51,166 nt of DNA from Rhodothermales bacterium (GTDB lineage Bacteria; Bacteroidota; Rhodothermia; Rhodothermales; JAHQVL01). The stretch is taken from contig JBGSPJ010000472.1 of NCBI GenBank assembly GCA_041738655.1, forward strand, positions 1 to 51,166. Direction: 5' to 3'. A program made the position numbers and the translations under genes. Shown here in pieces: positions 49,930-51,166 of this stretch. The notes beneath the pieces were generated by a model, which ran no database searches, was not told the origin of the DNA, and saw nothing but the letters and a program-made list of their open reading frames with translations. Numbering within the stretch: position 1 is the first letter of the stretch; each line of letters opens with the position of its first letter.

Positions 49930-50023
49930 GGGAGTACGAACGAGGGCGGGTGACGAATCGGTCGCCGCAAGCTAACGGGCTACAAGCACTTTGTAAAGAG
50001 TGCAAATGGCAAAGTAAATCAGG

Positions 50024-50100
50024 GCAAAATGCAAAATGGGCTGTTAGCTGCCGCCATTCACTCCCCACTTTTCATTTTCCACTTTTCACTTTTCACTTTT
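50024..50100. repeat. Heptamer tandem repeats (GCAAAAT x2; CACTTTT-type x5)
   Basis: Seen directly in the intergenic region downstream of the histidine kinase. Confidence 0.75.
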
Positions 50101-50110
50101 TCCCCCTCCT

Positions 50111-51166
50111 TCATCCCGCCTGTGGGTCCGCGCGTCGAGGAAGGGCGATGGTGAAGCGGGCGCCCTGGCCGGGGGTGGACGTGCAGGTGATGGCGCCTTC
50201 GTGGTCGTCGACGATTTTCTTGACGATGGCGAGTCCGAGGCCGGTGCCGCCCTTTTTGCCGGCGGTGGCAAACGGCGTGAAGAGGCGGCCGAGCAGCGTT
50301 TCGGGGATGCCGGGGCCGGTGTCGCCGAGTTCGAGATAGATCGTGTTCGGGTCTGCAGAGGTGCGGATGCTGAAGCGTCCGCCGGCCGGCATGGCGTCGG
50401 CGGCGTTTCGCGCGAGGTTATGGATGACGCGCATCATCTTGTGTTCGTCGAAGTAGGCAATGCCGGCGTAGTCCGCCTGGAGGGTGATTTCGACGCCTTT
50501 GCCGGCGAGTTCGTGGCGGAGGTGGGCGGTGACTTCGTCGAGGAAGCGGGCGAGGAAGACCTTGCGGATGAGGAGCCGGCTTTCGCCGCGGGCAAAGGCC
50601 AGCACCTCGCGCGTCATCCCGTTCATCAGGTCGAACTGGCGTTTGATCAGTTCCGTGTACTCGCGGCGTTTGCCGGCGTCCTCGAGTTCGGTCATCATCT
50701 CGGCGTACCACGAGACGATCGTCATCGGCGTCTTGAGGTCGTGCATGACGCCGGCCATCATCTGGCCGATGGTGGCGAGCCGGTTTTCGTTTTCGCGGTC
50801 CATCTTGGCGCGGGCGAGCTGGATGGCGCGGGATGCCTGGCCGGCGATGAGCTGCAGGAGGCGCAGATCCCCTTCGTCGAAGCCGGCAGAGGCATGGCCG
50901 TTGCCGTCGGCGTCCTGTTTCTTATCGATCAGCTCGAGGGCGCCGACGGTTTCATCACCGAGGATGAGGGGCGCGCAGAGCAGGTTGCGCGGCCGGGCGC
51001 CGAGTTTTTCGGCGAAGGCGTGGGCGACGCGGTCGTCGTGATCCGGATCGTTGACGAGCGCCGGCTCACCCCGAGCCGCGACCCATCCGATGATGCCGAC
51101 GCCCATGGGGATGCGTTGACGGATGACCCGGGCCTCGTGTTCGCCGGCGGTGGTGTGGAAGCGGAG
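50111..51166 (-). CDS. GAF-domain sensor histidine kinase, 5' end outside window
   Basis: [21 protein letters not shown]; H-box HDLKTPM; NLARNA, DTGPGI, FTPF, GTGLGL. Confidence 0.93.
   Translation of the reverse strand, partial: LRFHTTAGEHEARVIRQRIPMGVGIIGWVAARGEPALVNDPDHDDRVAHAFAEKLGARPRNLLCAPLILGDETVGALELIDKKQDADGNGHASAGFDEGDLRLLQLIAGQASRAIQLARAKMDRENENRLATIGQMMAGVMHDLKTPMTIVSWYAEMMTELEDAGKRREYTELIKRQFDLMNGMTREVLAFARGESRLLIRKVFLARFLDEVTAHLRHELAGKGVEITLQADYAGIAYFDEHKMMRVIHNLARNAADAMPAGGRFSIRTSADPNTIYLELGDTGPGIPETLLGRLFTPFATAGKKGGTGLGLAIVKKIVDDHEGAITCTSTPGQGARFTIALPRRADPQAG

Noticed and set aside
45021-49953. Long antisense ORFs (577, 373 and 477 aa)
   Set aside because: Shadow frames of high-GC genes (DEAD helicase, sulfatase, fprA) with no recognisable domains

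Overview
GC-rich bacterial chromosomal segment, most consistent with a Rhodothermales/FCB-group organism (inferred from Bacteroidota-type RpoZ, carboxypeptidase-like-domain TonB receptors and a T9SS/FlgD-like C-terminal domain). (1) 1-~11.9 kb is a decayed accessory island. It holds a patchwork of pseudogene fragments (flavoprotein oxidoreductases, glycoamylase/GH144-like, transketolase, VTT/DUF547), an IS21 element (2258-4366) with no target duplication, an orphan type IB-like hsdS, a Prim-Pol/PriCT-1/DUF3987 replication module with 8-mer repeats and a structured leader/antisense RNA candidate, a truncated PD-(D/E)XK nuclease and a HEPN-motif protein. The island ends just upstream of tRNA-Cys. 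(2) 13.5-22.7 kb holds two divergent outer-membrane uptake units: ECF sigma-lipoprotein-FecR-TonB transducer (minus), and a CxxC/His/RGPP (DUF2946/CruR-like) leader ORF-TonB receptor-lipoprotein (plus). (3) 22.7-51 kb is largely core genome: dnaB, udg, coaBC, rpoZ, gmk, yicC, tRNA-Ser, frr-pyrH-tsf-rpsB (t44-like leader)-rpsI-rplM, an ECF/anti-sigma/GH53 insert, dnaN-dnaA, a probable oriC, yceD-rpmF-plsX-fabH-fabG, a DEAD helicase, a sulfatase, FprA and a GAF histidine kinase. The best candidates for novelty are the RGPP-arrest leader controlling a metal TonB receptor and the three-way-junction RNA antisense to the primase leader. All calls come from manual motif recognition; no searches were run.
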